64,000 bases of DNA, taken from assembly GCA_951406725.2 (NCBI GenBank), contig OX597815.1, forward strand, positions 42,346,001-42,410,000, given 5' to 3'. The stretch's first letter is position 1, and each line of letters opens with the position of its first letter. Positions 26,955-38,747 of this stretch are shown one piece after another. The notes beneath the pieces are model-generated. The model did no database searches and was not told where the DNA came from. It was given only the letters and a program-made list of their open reading frames with translations. This stretch comes from Octopus vulgaris (taxonomy: Eukaryota). The position numbers were made by a program, and so were the translations under genes.

Positions 26955-26956
<2 letters not shown>
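25180..26956 (-). mobile_element. 5'-truncated Penelope-like element (Naiad-type endonuclease) with an inverted 5' pLTR
   Basis: 25180-25322 is the reverse complement of about 26760-26890. Minus ORF 26510-26707 contains KCNLCLLEKFYIL...LNQRRELLNSCRHATKF, and the pLTR carries a hammerhead-like motif. Confidence 0.85.
25217..25254 (-). ncRNA. Minimal hammerhead ribozyme-like motif in a pLTR
   Basis: CUGU-CCGACGA-ACG-GGAA-CGU-GAA-ACUC-U-GAAU-A-ACGG. The sister copy at 26827-26853 has GAGUA-ACAG but has lost stem II. Confidence 0.6.
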
Positions 26957-26990
<34 letters not shown>

Positions 26991-26993
<3 letters not shown>

Positions 26994-27825
26994 CCATAAT
27001 AACGAAGCTAAAGCACACATAGTGAAACCGCTTGGCACATATTGAGCTTGAACTCCGCTGTGATGTGCACTAAGTTTTAACGTTCTAGCTCACTTCCGTT
27101 GTTTACAGCAGTGTGTAGCGGGTGTGTAGCGGGTAATAGTCGCATTGACCATGACAAAGAAAGTTGAGCGAACAATTTGCATCAGATTTTTCCCAAAAGT
27201 TTGGTGATATCTGCTCAGAGGCATACGCAAAGTTTTCAAAAAGCTTTCATCGTTCTTAACACAATCAAGATTTTGTGCATCTGAAACCCGAGTGTACTTT
27301 TGGCACAAACATGGCAGACACGCGTCTCATACCCAAATCTTCAATGATAATGGACTGAAATGAACTGTAACTAATCTGCACATTCTCTGATAACTCATGG
27401 ATGGTGATTTGACGATTTCCCCTCACAGCTACACGCACATTTGCAATGTTTTTCTCAGTTCTGCTGGTAGCTGGTTTCCCAGAACGTTTGTCACTATCTA
27501 CATTTTTCGGCCATCTTGGAAACGTCTGAACCATCGTACATTTGTGTGGCTCAAACACTCCTCTCCATATTCTTTCTGCAACTTTGTGTAAACCTCTAAG
27601 CAAGTATTGCCATGATAACTTTTTCGGTCTTGATCAATGCGACGATTACACGCTATACGCCTTCCTTCCAATCACTGCTGTGAACAGCGTAAGTGAGCTA
27701 GAACGTTAAAACTTAGTGAACATGCACATCAGAGTTCAAGGTTAAGCTTTGACAAGCGGCTTTACTCTGCGTGCTTTAGCTTTGTTACTATAGCAACAGT
27801 CCGAATACTTATTGATCAGACCTCG
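26991..27825 (-). mobile_element. Non-autonomous mariner derivative with two 5' ends (long inverted arms)
   Basis: Reverse-orientation homolog of 59895-60782. It retains the HTH remnant (RSGKPATSRTEKNIA...ITIHELSE...EDLGMRRVSAMFVPK); the left TIR tip is lost in (TA)n. Confidence 0.9.
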
Positions 27826-28110
27826 TACACTTATGTAGTAGAATAAGAAATAGAAAGTGCTTGATATAGTATCATATATTTGAAAAAATTAATTGAAAAG
27901 ACTTTTTGATAATTTTTCTACTTTAATAATTAGATTTTTATAAGTTATTAGGTGTGTACATAAGGTGACCTAAATAGTGGGTAAAAACTCTAAAATATCA
28001 AATGAAAACCACTTTTAAACGAGAAACTCACATCGAAGTCTCTTTTGTAAGCACCTAATAACTTACAAACATTTATTTATGAAAGTAGAAAAGCCATTTC
28101 TAATAATTTA

Positions 28111-28154
<44 letters not shown>

Positions 28155-28410
28155 CGCGACCATACATAGATACACACTCGCGCACACACACACAGATACA
28201 CACATACGCACACACATCTTCAAGCGTAGGCTCGAACCGTTTGTCTGTCCTTGTTTGTCTCTTCTGTGTTTAGCCCCTTGTGGGTAGTAAAGAAATATAG
28301 ATATATCATCTCTGTGAGTTGTACGAGCTTGTTTGTTTGGTTTGTAGTTCTTTGTGCTGCGTTTGCAGCGGTTTTTTAGTTGTTGTGCTGTCTCTCGGTA
28401 GTACTGAGAG

Positions 28411-29314
28411 ATGGCAGGTGGAAGTCGTGTATATTCGGACCTAAGCGAAACTGAGTTGTCCGCTTCGGAGGAAGAACTGATTAAGGCAGTAAAGATGTTG
28501 GACGCATGTCTGGAAAAGAAAAGTTTTGCAGAGGCAACCGAGATGAGAATGAAGAAAATAAACCTGGCAAATATGGAAAGAGACAGTAGAATGGCTGTAA
28601 AGGTGGGGAACGACGTGAGGTTGTCCCCACCGCAGACAAGGATGGAGGAAATCCAAAAGAAGATGGTAACTTACAAAGTTTACTCAGTTGAGAAAAAGAG
28701 AGTCGACCACATTTAGGGAAAAGAGATAGACAAGGCGCTGATGACAGTCTGGCCAGATATTACCTATTTGGCCAGAGGTAGCAAGTTCGGGACGATTATT
28801 GTTCATTATAAAACAGAGGAAAGAGCGATAACCCACGCTGCCAAAGTCTTAAAAACGGAAAAGGTAGTCCTCTTGCCGTCTTACATGGGCAAGAGAATTG
28901 CTAAAATCAAAGTGGATGGGATTCCCCCTGAAATCGATGCGGCTTGGGTGGTGGCAGCTCTCTTTATTGAAAGAGAAAAAGAGGTGAAGGTAATTCAAAC
29001 GGAAGTGATGGAAGGAGCAACATGGAAGGGACAAATCATCGAAATTACCGTCCAAGAAGTGCTTCCCGAGAATCTGTGGATTGGGGATTTGATCCTGAAA
29101 GTGTGGGTGGAGGACCGGATTCCTTGCTGCTTTAAATGTGGCCGGAAAGGCCACATAAGAGTGAACAGCCGTCCACCACCCAAAATGGTAGAAGGGCTAC
29201 AGCCACCACCACAGGAAAGTAGAAAGAGAAAGAGAAAGTAGAAAGAGAAACTCCAGTATTAGAAGATAGGGAATGGGAAATAGCTGGGAAAAGAAAAAAA
29301 AGAAAAATAAAGTA
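28411..29314 (+). pseudogene. Non-LTR retrotransposon ORF1 (gag-like): RRM-like segment, zinc knuckle and basic tail
   Basis: ORFs 28411-28716 and 28741-29241 are in the same frame, split by one TAG. They contain KIKVDGIPPEID and CFKCGRKGHIRVNS (CX2CX4HX4C with the last C changed to S). No ORF2 follows. Confidence 0.75.
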
Positions 29315-30380
29315 AGTACTCGTGAACCCCAACCCACCCAGTGCCCTTCCTCTCCCTTTTCACCTTCGGGGGTCTAGTGGGCATTCCGCCTCATTATATT
29401 ATCTTTTTCATGATTAATTCGTTTCTTTTAATTTTGCTTCTTTCTTTATGCCTCCTTTTTATAATTTTAGTTCCCCGATATTATGCACGTACCTTCTATG
29501 TTGAAATCGGTATTTCGCCTGTCTTTACGTTCTGAGTTCAAATTCCGCCTTTCATCCATACAGGGTTGATAAATTAAGTACCAGTTGCGTACTGTGGTCG
29601 ATCTAATCGACTGGCCTCCCCTCCCCCGAAATTTTGGGCCTTGTGCCTAGAGTAGAAAAGAACATAGCTTGCTTTTTATTTGTCTAGCAACTTCATTAAT
29701 AAATTTCGACACATTAGCTTTCAAAAGCTAATTTTGTCCATATAGCTTTCCCGTTTCCTTCACTTTTCTCTCTCTCCTGTTCACGTACATACACAAACAT
29801 ATATCCAGTTAATTATTCTTTTTGTATTACAATGCGTGCAACATATAAATTAAAAATAACTGCAGCAGTGATAAAGTTATTATTTTCTGCAGAAATTATC
29901 TTGCTAAAGAAGAATGCAATTATCCTCTTTAGCAGGGATTTTCTTAATCCTTACTCAAGCATTTCTGTTACGTGTTTTGTCGAAACGGTTTTGGATTTAT
30001 ATACTTTGGACATTAGAGATTCATATTCTGCCCCAAAATTATTAAATTTATAAAAAATATGTATTTTGATTTTTAAGAGGATTTTATAAATAAACTAACA
30101 GTTAACTAACATTGAGGTATGTATGTATGTATGTATGTATGTATGTATGTATGTATGTATGTATGTATGTATGTATGTATGTATGTATGTATGTATGTAT
30201 GTATGTATGATTGTATATATCTATGTATGTATGTATGTATGTACATACGTATGTATATATATATCATGAGATTAAAAATCTATTTCGTTTGCTTTTAAAG
30301 CATTATACATATATTTTGTTTATATTTCAAAGCTCTAGTTGTTCACTTTCTGCAAATTTTCAAATGCTGCTTATTAAAGA

Positions 30381-30507
<127 letters not shown>

Positions 30508-30688
30508 AAACACACAAAACAATGTATATTTATACTTGTCAAATGCATAATTGTGGCAAGGTTTTCAATACCAAAAGTGTTAGAACGAACTATTACATGC
30601 ACTGCATTGTTTTGTTTCCCAGATTGCACAACATTGTCTTAGACTCTCTTCCTGACTGCTCATGTATGCATATACACATATATATATT

Positions 30689-32087
30689 TGGTCAGAATGG
30701 ATGACTCACTGACTTATAAACAAGAATTCATCACAAGGATGCTATTTATAATCACTAGTCGATTGTTCAAATTTGTTTTTTCTTCTCTCAGTGTTAACGT
30801 GTTTTCTGCATGATTACTGAACCCTCACTCGATGATGTGCTCTGATTAACTGATCCAATCTCTGATAAGCTGTCACTAAAATATCGTATGACAACTCATT
30901 CTTCTTAATCATTTTCCTGTCGTTGTAAAGAATGCCTGCTCGAAGAATTTTGCCGGGAAGTCATACTCAGATAAATATTCTATACGAAGAAGGATACAGC
31001 ACTCGACATGTTGGTGAAAGATTGAAATTGGCACAGAGAATTGTTTCAAAGTCAATGAAAACTCGAAATCTACTGGAAAATATGGATTTGCTAAACCTAC
31101 GGGTCACCCAAAACCCACCATCATGCGAGTGGACGATGCTATCATTCCAGCCGCCAAAATGTCACTCAGAAAGTCTTCTGAAACTATTCAAGCTGGTCTA
31201 CCGCCAAAAGACAAAGTTCCTAGCCAAATGACAATTCGTGCAAATTATTTGATGCCAGCCTTAAGTTCTACAAATCTTCAAGGAAACCAAGTCTAACCTC
31301 GAAAAATATTGCTGATCGTTTGGTATTTTGCCAAAAGTATAGAAATTGGTCAGTGAAACAATGGAAACGAATTACGTTTTTCGGATGAAACGCAGGTGTC
31401 ACAATTTTATGCCTTTTGCAGACATGTGGGAAGACCTAAGCGAAGGGATAATTCTCGCTACGTTATGCCAAGTGTTAAAAATGCTCCAAAAGTTATGGTG
31501 TGGGGAGCTATTTGTGCTGATGGAAGATGTGGATTGTTGTTCATGTGCAACTATCAAGGTAACTCATTACTTTGAAATTCTGCAAACGAAAGTCCCACCA
31601 TTTACGGGGCTCAAGCAGTGCACACACTTCCAGCATGATAGGACTCCATGCTATCAGACAAGATCAGTAAAGTAGTGGCTGAACAATTATGGGTATGAGA
31701 TCTTGGGTCCGTGGCTAGGAAACTCCCCGATCTCAACCCATTAGAGCATTGTTGGGTTATTCTGAAACCGAAAGTAACCGCTCGTAATCCAACGTCACTA
31801 TCGGAATTGAAAAATGCCATCAAAGAAATTTGATAATACCTGGTTTTTGCAAAAAATTGTGCTCATCAATACCCCCAAAGAATTGACGCCGTGATTCACA
31901 ACAAAGGACTACATATGAAATACTGATTCTGTAAGGACCATCTGATGTTCATTTCTTATAATATTAAATCAGAATTTCGGAAAGATGTTAATTTCTTACT
32001 GATTAAAAAGTATTTTCATAGGAAATATTCGATCTCTTATTTATAAAGTTAAAACATGTAGTAAGTCATCCATTCTGGCCATGACTA
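30689..32087 (+). mobile_element. Near full-length degenerate Tc1-like transposon
   Basis: TIR remnants tggtcagaatggatgactcact and agtaagtcatccattctggccatgacta|TA. Transposase 30932-31926 reads RKPSLT...NWSVKQWKRITFSDE...VMVWGAI...FQHDRTPCY...WLGNS(P)DLNPLEHCW...KY*. Confidence 0.9.
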
Positions 32088-32270
32088 TAAATAGAGAATG
32101 GATTAAGCAGAACAAGATCGACGAAGTGGGATGTAGAGTCACTGAAGAGGTAACAGGAAGTGTGACAGAATATTTCAGACTAAAATAAGAATGAGAATAA
32201 AGCTAAAGTGAAGACCAAGTATAGAGCGCGTTGATTGGCAAAAATATGAAATCCCCAAATATAACGATAT

Positions 32271-32349
<79 letters not shown>

Positions 32350-32450
32350 TAATAAATATTAGGAATAAATCCAAATTTACAGGAAAAATCAGATTTAGGA
32401 TTAAATCCAATTTTATAGTAAAAATAATTTGAAACTGACTTATTGGAAGT

Positions 32451-32490
32451 CCACCTGAAGATTGTCGATCAAGACAAGAAACAATAGTGG
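32451..32490 (+). ncRNA. Hammerhead ribozyme-like motif with collapsed stem III
   Basis: CCAC-CUGAAGA-UUGUC-GAUCAA-GACAA-GAAAC-AAUA-GUGG: perfect stems I and II and both core boxes. Confidence 0.55.
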
Positions 32491-32516
32491 CGTTTTTTGA
32501 CTATTTATTAAAATTT

Positions 32517-32570
<54 letters not shown>

Positions 32571-32839
32571 AATCAAATATAAAATATAAAATATAAATTA
32601 CAAAGTGGGACAAGAACGCAAGAATGTTTTGGAAATTCCTTGATACAGTTATAATATGAAAGACACTAATCTTGAAAACGTCAAGAACTGAAAGCAATTG
32701 CACATCTATAAAAGCAAAGCCTACACACAATTTGTGAAATCTCTTCCCAAAAATTAGTGTATTTCGACTTTCTAAAAAGGTTTTTTTTCTCAATCTTAAC
32801 TCTTTGAGAACATTTCTTTCTCCAAATATACATATATAT

Positions 32840-33044
32840 ATCTGTAATTGTAATATATGACAATTATTCGGTAGCCATGATAAAACTCCGAGTTTCGGAT
32901 TTCGGGGTGGAAATCCACGCCGGCATCTCTTCACATATTACAGGGATAACTGAAGAGATGGCGGCGTGGATTTCCACCACGACATTCGAAAGTCGGAGTT
33001 TTATCATGGCTACTGAATAATTGTCACATATTACATTTACAGAT
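32840..33044. repeat. Inverted pair of PLE pLTR-like sequences (94-bp arms, 17-bp spacer)
   Basis: 32840-32933 is the approximate reverse complement of 32951-33044; both arms contain the hammerhead-like motif. Confidence 0.9.
32945..33005 (+). ncRNA. Minimal hammerhead ribozyme-like motif
   Basis: GAUAA-CUGAAGA-[long stem II]-GAA-AGUC-G-GAGU-U-UUAUC. Stem I GAUAA/UUAUC is perfect, and the inverted sister copy has the paired ACUC-G-GAGU stem III. Confidence 0.7.
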
Positions 33045-33122
33045 AAATTCCTCTATTTACATGATATTGAGGTCTCTTTCATTCTTTTGTTGTCTTACCA
33101 TTTCTATTAATACATACATACA

Positions 33123-33204
<82 letters not shown>

Positions 33205-34019
33205 CATGCGTATATAATATATATATACACACACGCGTGTGTGTGCATGCGCGCGTTTGAGTTTGTGTGTGAGTGTGTGTGTTTGAGTGTGTGTGAGTGT
33301 GTGTGTGTATATGTATGTGTATGTGCGCGCCCGCGCGCGTTTGTGCGTGTAGTGCCAAATTGACTTTGCTGTAATAAGTGGTCTGTGAAACAAACGCAAC
33401 CATACAGCGACAGAAAAGGCTAAAACATTGAATAAAAATAACATAATACTAGTTTCTAACATCAGTAGAAGACGAAATGGTTTTGAAGAGGGTACAGTCG
33501 ATTAAACCGACACCAGTACTTGAATGGTGCTTATTTAACTTACCACAAAGTAAGAAAGTCAAAGTTCACAAAGACAGGATTTCAACAACCAATGTTGCTT
33601 TATCGAAAGGTTGTTTCCAAAATACAACAATACTTATACAATACAGACGTATGCGCGTTCACACACACACACACACACACACACATACATGCGCGCGCGC
33701 GTATTTCTAAAAAGATCCGCATACAGACAAGGAGTTTAGCTATATTTCGAGCTGCCAGAAGCATTGGTGCGTTTTTAGATACACTTCGAGCTATAAGAAT
33801 CATTGTAAGTCGTAAAAGTGCTTAGCAGTATTTCTTCGGGCCTTTACGTTCTGAGTTCAAGTTTCACCGTGGTTGGCTTCGCCTTTCATCCTTTCAGGGT
33901 CAGTAAAATAAGTACCACTTGAGCAATGGAGTCGATGCAATCGACTAACACTATCTTTTATCTTTTACTAGTTTCAGCTTAAGACTAGGGCCATGTTGGA
34001 GCACCGCCTTTCAGTGTTT

Positions 34020-34650
34020 TGGGGTTTCCCTTTTGGTGATGAAACGCGTGGGAAGAGCTGCTCTTCTTTGTGTCTCCTGCCGCGATGTGGTTTCATCTGG
34101 GATTTCAGATGAAAATAGGTGCAAATGCTTTTTGATGGTCTCCTCATCTTCACCTCGAAAATCTCTGAGGTTGTTTAAACAGTTGTGGTCCCCTGAAACC
34201 CAAGCTGTTGCAGTACTGGCTCCTACTCCGAGATGAAAAAGACGGAATCTTTTGTATTATGCAGTGCCGTCTAGTTCGGTGGTTGGTATAGTCTTTAATC
34301 CCAAAGTTGGCGGGTAGACCTTCCAGGATCTTCCATACGAATATCACTGCACATCGTTCTCGCCTTATCTCCAGTGAGTAGAGTTTCAGTTCTTGTAGCC
34401 TCTCCTTGTAGCTGATCTGTTTCACCGAGTCAATCTTTTTTGTGTAGTGGTGCTGGACTGACTAAAGTTCCGCCACCAGTTTGATGCCCTGCAGCGACCA
34501 CTGTTGGGGAATGTAATTAGGAGTAGCAAGGTATCCTTATCTTTGGTTCTGACTGATAGAAGAATCCACCCAGCTACTCGCCTGCACAATGTTACCATGT
34601 TGGCAATATGTACAGGGAATGTTGCATTATTACTCATGTAGATTCCACCT
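34020..34650 (-). pseudogene. 3' end of a CR1-group LINE ORF2
   Basis: ISYKERLQELKLYSLEIRRERCAVIFVWKILEG...NSLGFRGPQLF, with upstream HIANMVTLCRRVAGWIL. Confidence 0.85.
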
Positions 34651-34940
34651 CCATTAGAATTTTAGGCCTTATACCTACCATAGAAATAAAGTTATCTTGA
34701 TTTTTAGTGCTCAGTTTCTGTTCAACATTCGGTATCCTGTATATCCTCACAATTCTCTTTCCCAAGTCGAATTAGAATGATGAACGCTTCATTTCATGTC
34801 AACACTCTTAAACACTGTGCCAAGATCACACTGGACGATTAATGGTTTATAAAATTTTTGAGGGGCTGTAATTTCAACACACAATAATAATGTCTTGTAT
34901 AGTAACGCTGCAACATAGGTCTTGGAGAGACCTATGTATA

Positions 34941-35055
<115 letters not shown>

Positions 35056-35057
35056 TG

Positions 35058-35087
<30 letters not shown>

Positions 35088-35088
<1 letters not shown>

Positions 35089-35213
35089 GTATGTATGTAT
35101 TTAATGATATCTGGTTTTTAGCTATAGTTAACCAAATTCGTTCAACAATGACTGTTTTATAGATATCTACCTGGATTTATTAACCCCCTTTTACTTCTTA
35201 TTATTCTTATTAC

Positions 35214-35297
<84 letters not shown>

Positions 35298-35423
35298 GTA
35301 TGTATGTATTTAATGATATCTGGATTTTAGCTATAGTTAACCAAATTCGTTCAACAATGACTGTTTTATAGATATCTACCTGGATTTATTAACCCCTTTT
35401 ACTCCTTATTATTCTTATTACAC
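35088..35423. repeat. Tandem duplication of a unique segment of about 128 bp, bounded by (CA)n
   Basis: 35088-35215 versus 35297-35423, with about 3 differences. Confidence 0.95.
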
Positions 35424-35479
35424 GCGCGCGCACACACACACACACGAGGTGAAGGCGCGTGGCCAAGAGGTTAGTGTGA

Positions 35480-36027
35480 TGTAATGTCCAAGAGCGGCTG
35501 TATTTCATATCGATATTACTATGTTTCCAAGTCTTCGGGAAACATACCCAGGCATAGCTTTTTGGTATGTTGAGCGTTTCACATCCTGGCTTTCTTTGCA
35601 GTATGTTAGTTTAGCTGCTGTGGGGTTGCATGAGAGGTCATCAGGAAGAGAGTGCTTTCTATGGAGCTCGATGCCGACACGTAGGATATTGTTCTCTTCA
35701 CATTATAGCACTAAGTTAATGTATTCCTTTTTGTTGCAGTTGTTTAGGAGGTGTTGTCTGAAGGAGACTATACGACATTCGAAGACTGTTTACACTGATA
35801 GCAAGCCTCTGCCTCCATCTTTTCTTAGAGCCTGTCGATGTCACTATTTCTGTAGAGATTTTCACTTGATGTCAGTATCATGCAAATTTTAACGTCTGTG
35901 GAGTGGATTTCCTCTACAGAGCAGTCAAATATCCCAAATGTTGGAATCAGCATCGGTAGTGAAATGCATTGTGGGATATTATCTTGTTTCAAGAAGAGAG
36001 TTCCGACCGCTATGTTTTTCTAAGACT

Positions 36028-36030
<3 letters not shown>
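35480..36030 (-). pseudogene. R4/Dong-clade LINE fragment (post-RT region)
   Basis: The minus strand gives NKIISHNAF/LPMLIPTFGIFDCSVEEIHSTDVK...NSDIDRL/RKDGGRGLLSV, matching the SDVDRLYLPRKxGGRGL motif. Confidence 0.75.
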
Positions 36031-36089
<59 letters not shown>

Positions 36090-36253
36090 TGTATGTATGT
36101 ATGTATGTATGTATGTATGTATGTATGTATGTATGTATGTATGTATGTATGTATATGCATGTGTGTATATGCTTGTGTGTAATGAGTGTGAGAGAGAAAG
36201 AGATAACCAGGTAACAGTGATATAATCACACGCACACGCGTACACAAGCAGAA

Positions 36254-36409
<156 letters not shown>

Positions 36410-37243
36410 TTAAGAAGAACGAGACACGCCAAAGCTACAGGAAAAGTAGCTTATGATTATTTTGTATCCATGTTCAATAATATTTACTACAGAAAGACTT
36501 CTATTTGTGTTGCTGCCGGCCTAACGTCCCCAATAATTACAGTGTCAGAACAGAAAATAAGAACATGTTTTGTTCAATATTGTATTCATTCAGTGTTATA
36601 GAAAAGCAAGACAGAATTCATTGGAGAGAATTCCTAGTTATATATTAAAAGTATGAGTTACATCATAATATCACATTGCATCTAATATTTTGAATGTATA
36701 TACAAACGTGAACGACGCTAGCTTTAATATTTTGTCTCGGAGAAATTTCTCAAAGGGACTTGTATACTGAAACAACACTGGACTCGGTGTTACCACCTCA
36801 TTTGTATCTTCAGTTATGGAGGAGACCAAATGTCGGTACAGAGCCGACATAAGATATCAGTTTCGGTTTATAAGCTTTAAAAATTCACCTGACACTGTCT
36901 TCGGGCATAGCGCAATGAATAAAGGCGCTAGTTAATGCTGTACAGTTGCCTAGAGGTTCTGAGTTTAATCTCAGGCAAGGCATTAAGGTGAATCATAATA
37001 CACTTGAGACAGGTTGGAATGTATATTGCGGAAATGCAGTGAAAGCAGCAACCAAGATGAGGACACCACTCCGACTAGTACATAATTGAATAAATGATGA
37101 CCAAAGATCCAGTAGACGCTTTCTTTGCTAAATACAATTGAAAATATTGAGATATTGCTACAACGTAAATGGCGAGAGTGATGACAACATCTTAACCTGT
37201 GTCGCACACCAGAAGGAACCTTTAAACGTAGGTAGGTTCCAGG

Positions 37244-37876
37244 TAGTGGCGGTTCATGTATAGGAACTGCAGAACTGTAGCACCCCCTATTTCCACTCGA
37301 TATTATCGATAACATTCAATATAATGAGTTCTTTTTTTTTCTCTAATTCTTTCTTTATACTTGTACATTTTATAATCCTTAAGCTTAATGTCAGTAGCCA
37401 TCCCCTAATTTATGACAAAAATACAAAAATGTGCGCTTCACAGTTCCAGCGACGCGGTGTTTGGCCGTTGTGCACATGCTCACATGTCCGAGATAGGAAG
37501 CTTCACACGAGAGAGAGAGAGAGAGCACTGCGTGAACGACAGTGCCGGGTGTTTCTTTTTGTGCGTGTTTATATTCTTGAATGTGATAAAGTGTAGAATT
37601 CCAGCTTCAGTGTTGCTGCCAGGATTTGAAAAATAGGGCACATTTACCCCACTTATTTTGTGATTTAGGGGAAATTTTTGAAAAACAAGGTGTAATTTGC
37701 GGCGGTGTTCAGTGAACAAATTAAACACACTACCCGGCAGTGGCTAAAACAAACCGATCAGGTTTATGTAAAAATTTTCTTTTTATATGTTTGTTTCCTT
37801 TTACACAATATTAAAATAACGGCTAAAAATTTTCTGAAGCAGCACCCCTACTAATTTTATCTACGAGCCACCACTA
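37244..37876. mobile_element. Non-autonomous hAT-like element (633 bp)
   Basis: Imperfect TIRs tagtggcggttc and gagccaccacta, with flanking 8-bp near-duplication gttccagg (37236-37243) and gctccagg (37877-37884). Confidence 0.75.
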
Positions 37877-38139
37877 GCTCCAGGCGAAAACCCCCCACAA
37901 AAAACAAAAAGACATAGCGATTTTGCTTGAGGAATTTATTCAAGGAAACTCAAGGTGGAAAATGACACACACTCTCAGAGAAAACTATAGTTTAAGTAGG
38001 ATAAACTAGGCAAGAGGTGATAAAGTAGCAGTAGGGTTATGTATAAAAAAGACATGTTATAAATAATGGTCATTACATATTCTTTTATTGTAGTAAGTTC
38101 GACTTACAGCTGTTTCCGATTGTCATTATAGATTAGTTC

Positions 38140-38470
38140 GTTGATCGGTTTACGCAATCGATCCACTGATCGGCCGAGAAAAACTGAACGGCCGTCTTCT
38201 ATATCACTCTAATATACTAATTTTCAAAAGAAAAAATATCTATTACCATAAAATAAATTAAACAATATAAGTTACTCATTTGTATATTTGCGATAAATGC
38301 TAATATTGTGTCTAAATTTCAACATAATTGCAGTTTATAGTTCATCACCATTCTATATTGTAAATTCAGGCTGTATTCCTAGTTAGACTGGTCTTTTACA
38401 CAGTGATATAGAAGACGACTGTCCAGTTTTTCTCAGCCGATCAGTGGACCGACTATGTAAACCGATCGAC
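38140..38470. mobile_element. MITE with imperfect TIRs of about 70 bp
   Basis: gttgatcggtttac...ccactgatcggccgagaaaaactg...gtcttctatatcact is mirrored at 38402-38470. Confidence 0.8.
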
Positions 38471-38486
38471 AATATATATATATTCA

Positions 38487-38660
38487 CCATGATAGATCGC
38501 TAGCCACTACACATTCTTTATTTTCCCTCCTTGTCTCTTTCTGGGAAAGAGCGTAGGCTCGAAACGTTAAAGACATTTTCACTTCCCGAGCGTTATACTA
38601 TTACATTTGTTTGTTGTCTACACTACCTCTCTTCGTCATTTGGTTTTTGTGAATTCCCCC

Positions 38661-38662
<2 letters not shown>
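38487..38662 (+). mobile_element. Second copy of the hammerhead-bearing pLTR-like unit of about 200 bp (motif 38536-38573, core degenerate)
   Basis: tcttt-ctgggaaa-gagcgtaggctc-gaaacgtt-aaaga, with the same 5' start (ccatg) and TA flanks as 7296-7501. Confidence 0.7.
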
Positions 38663-38747
<85 letters not shown>

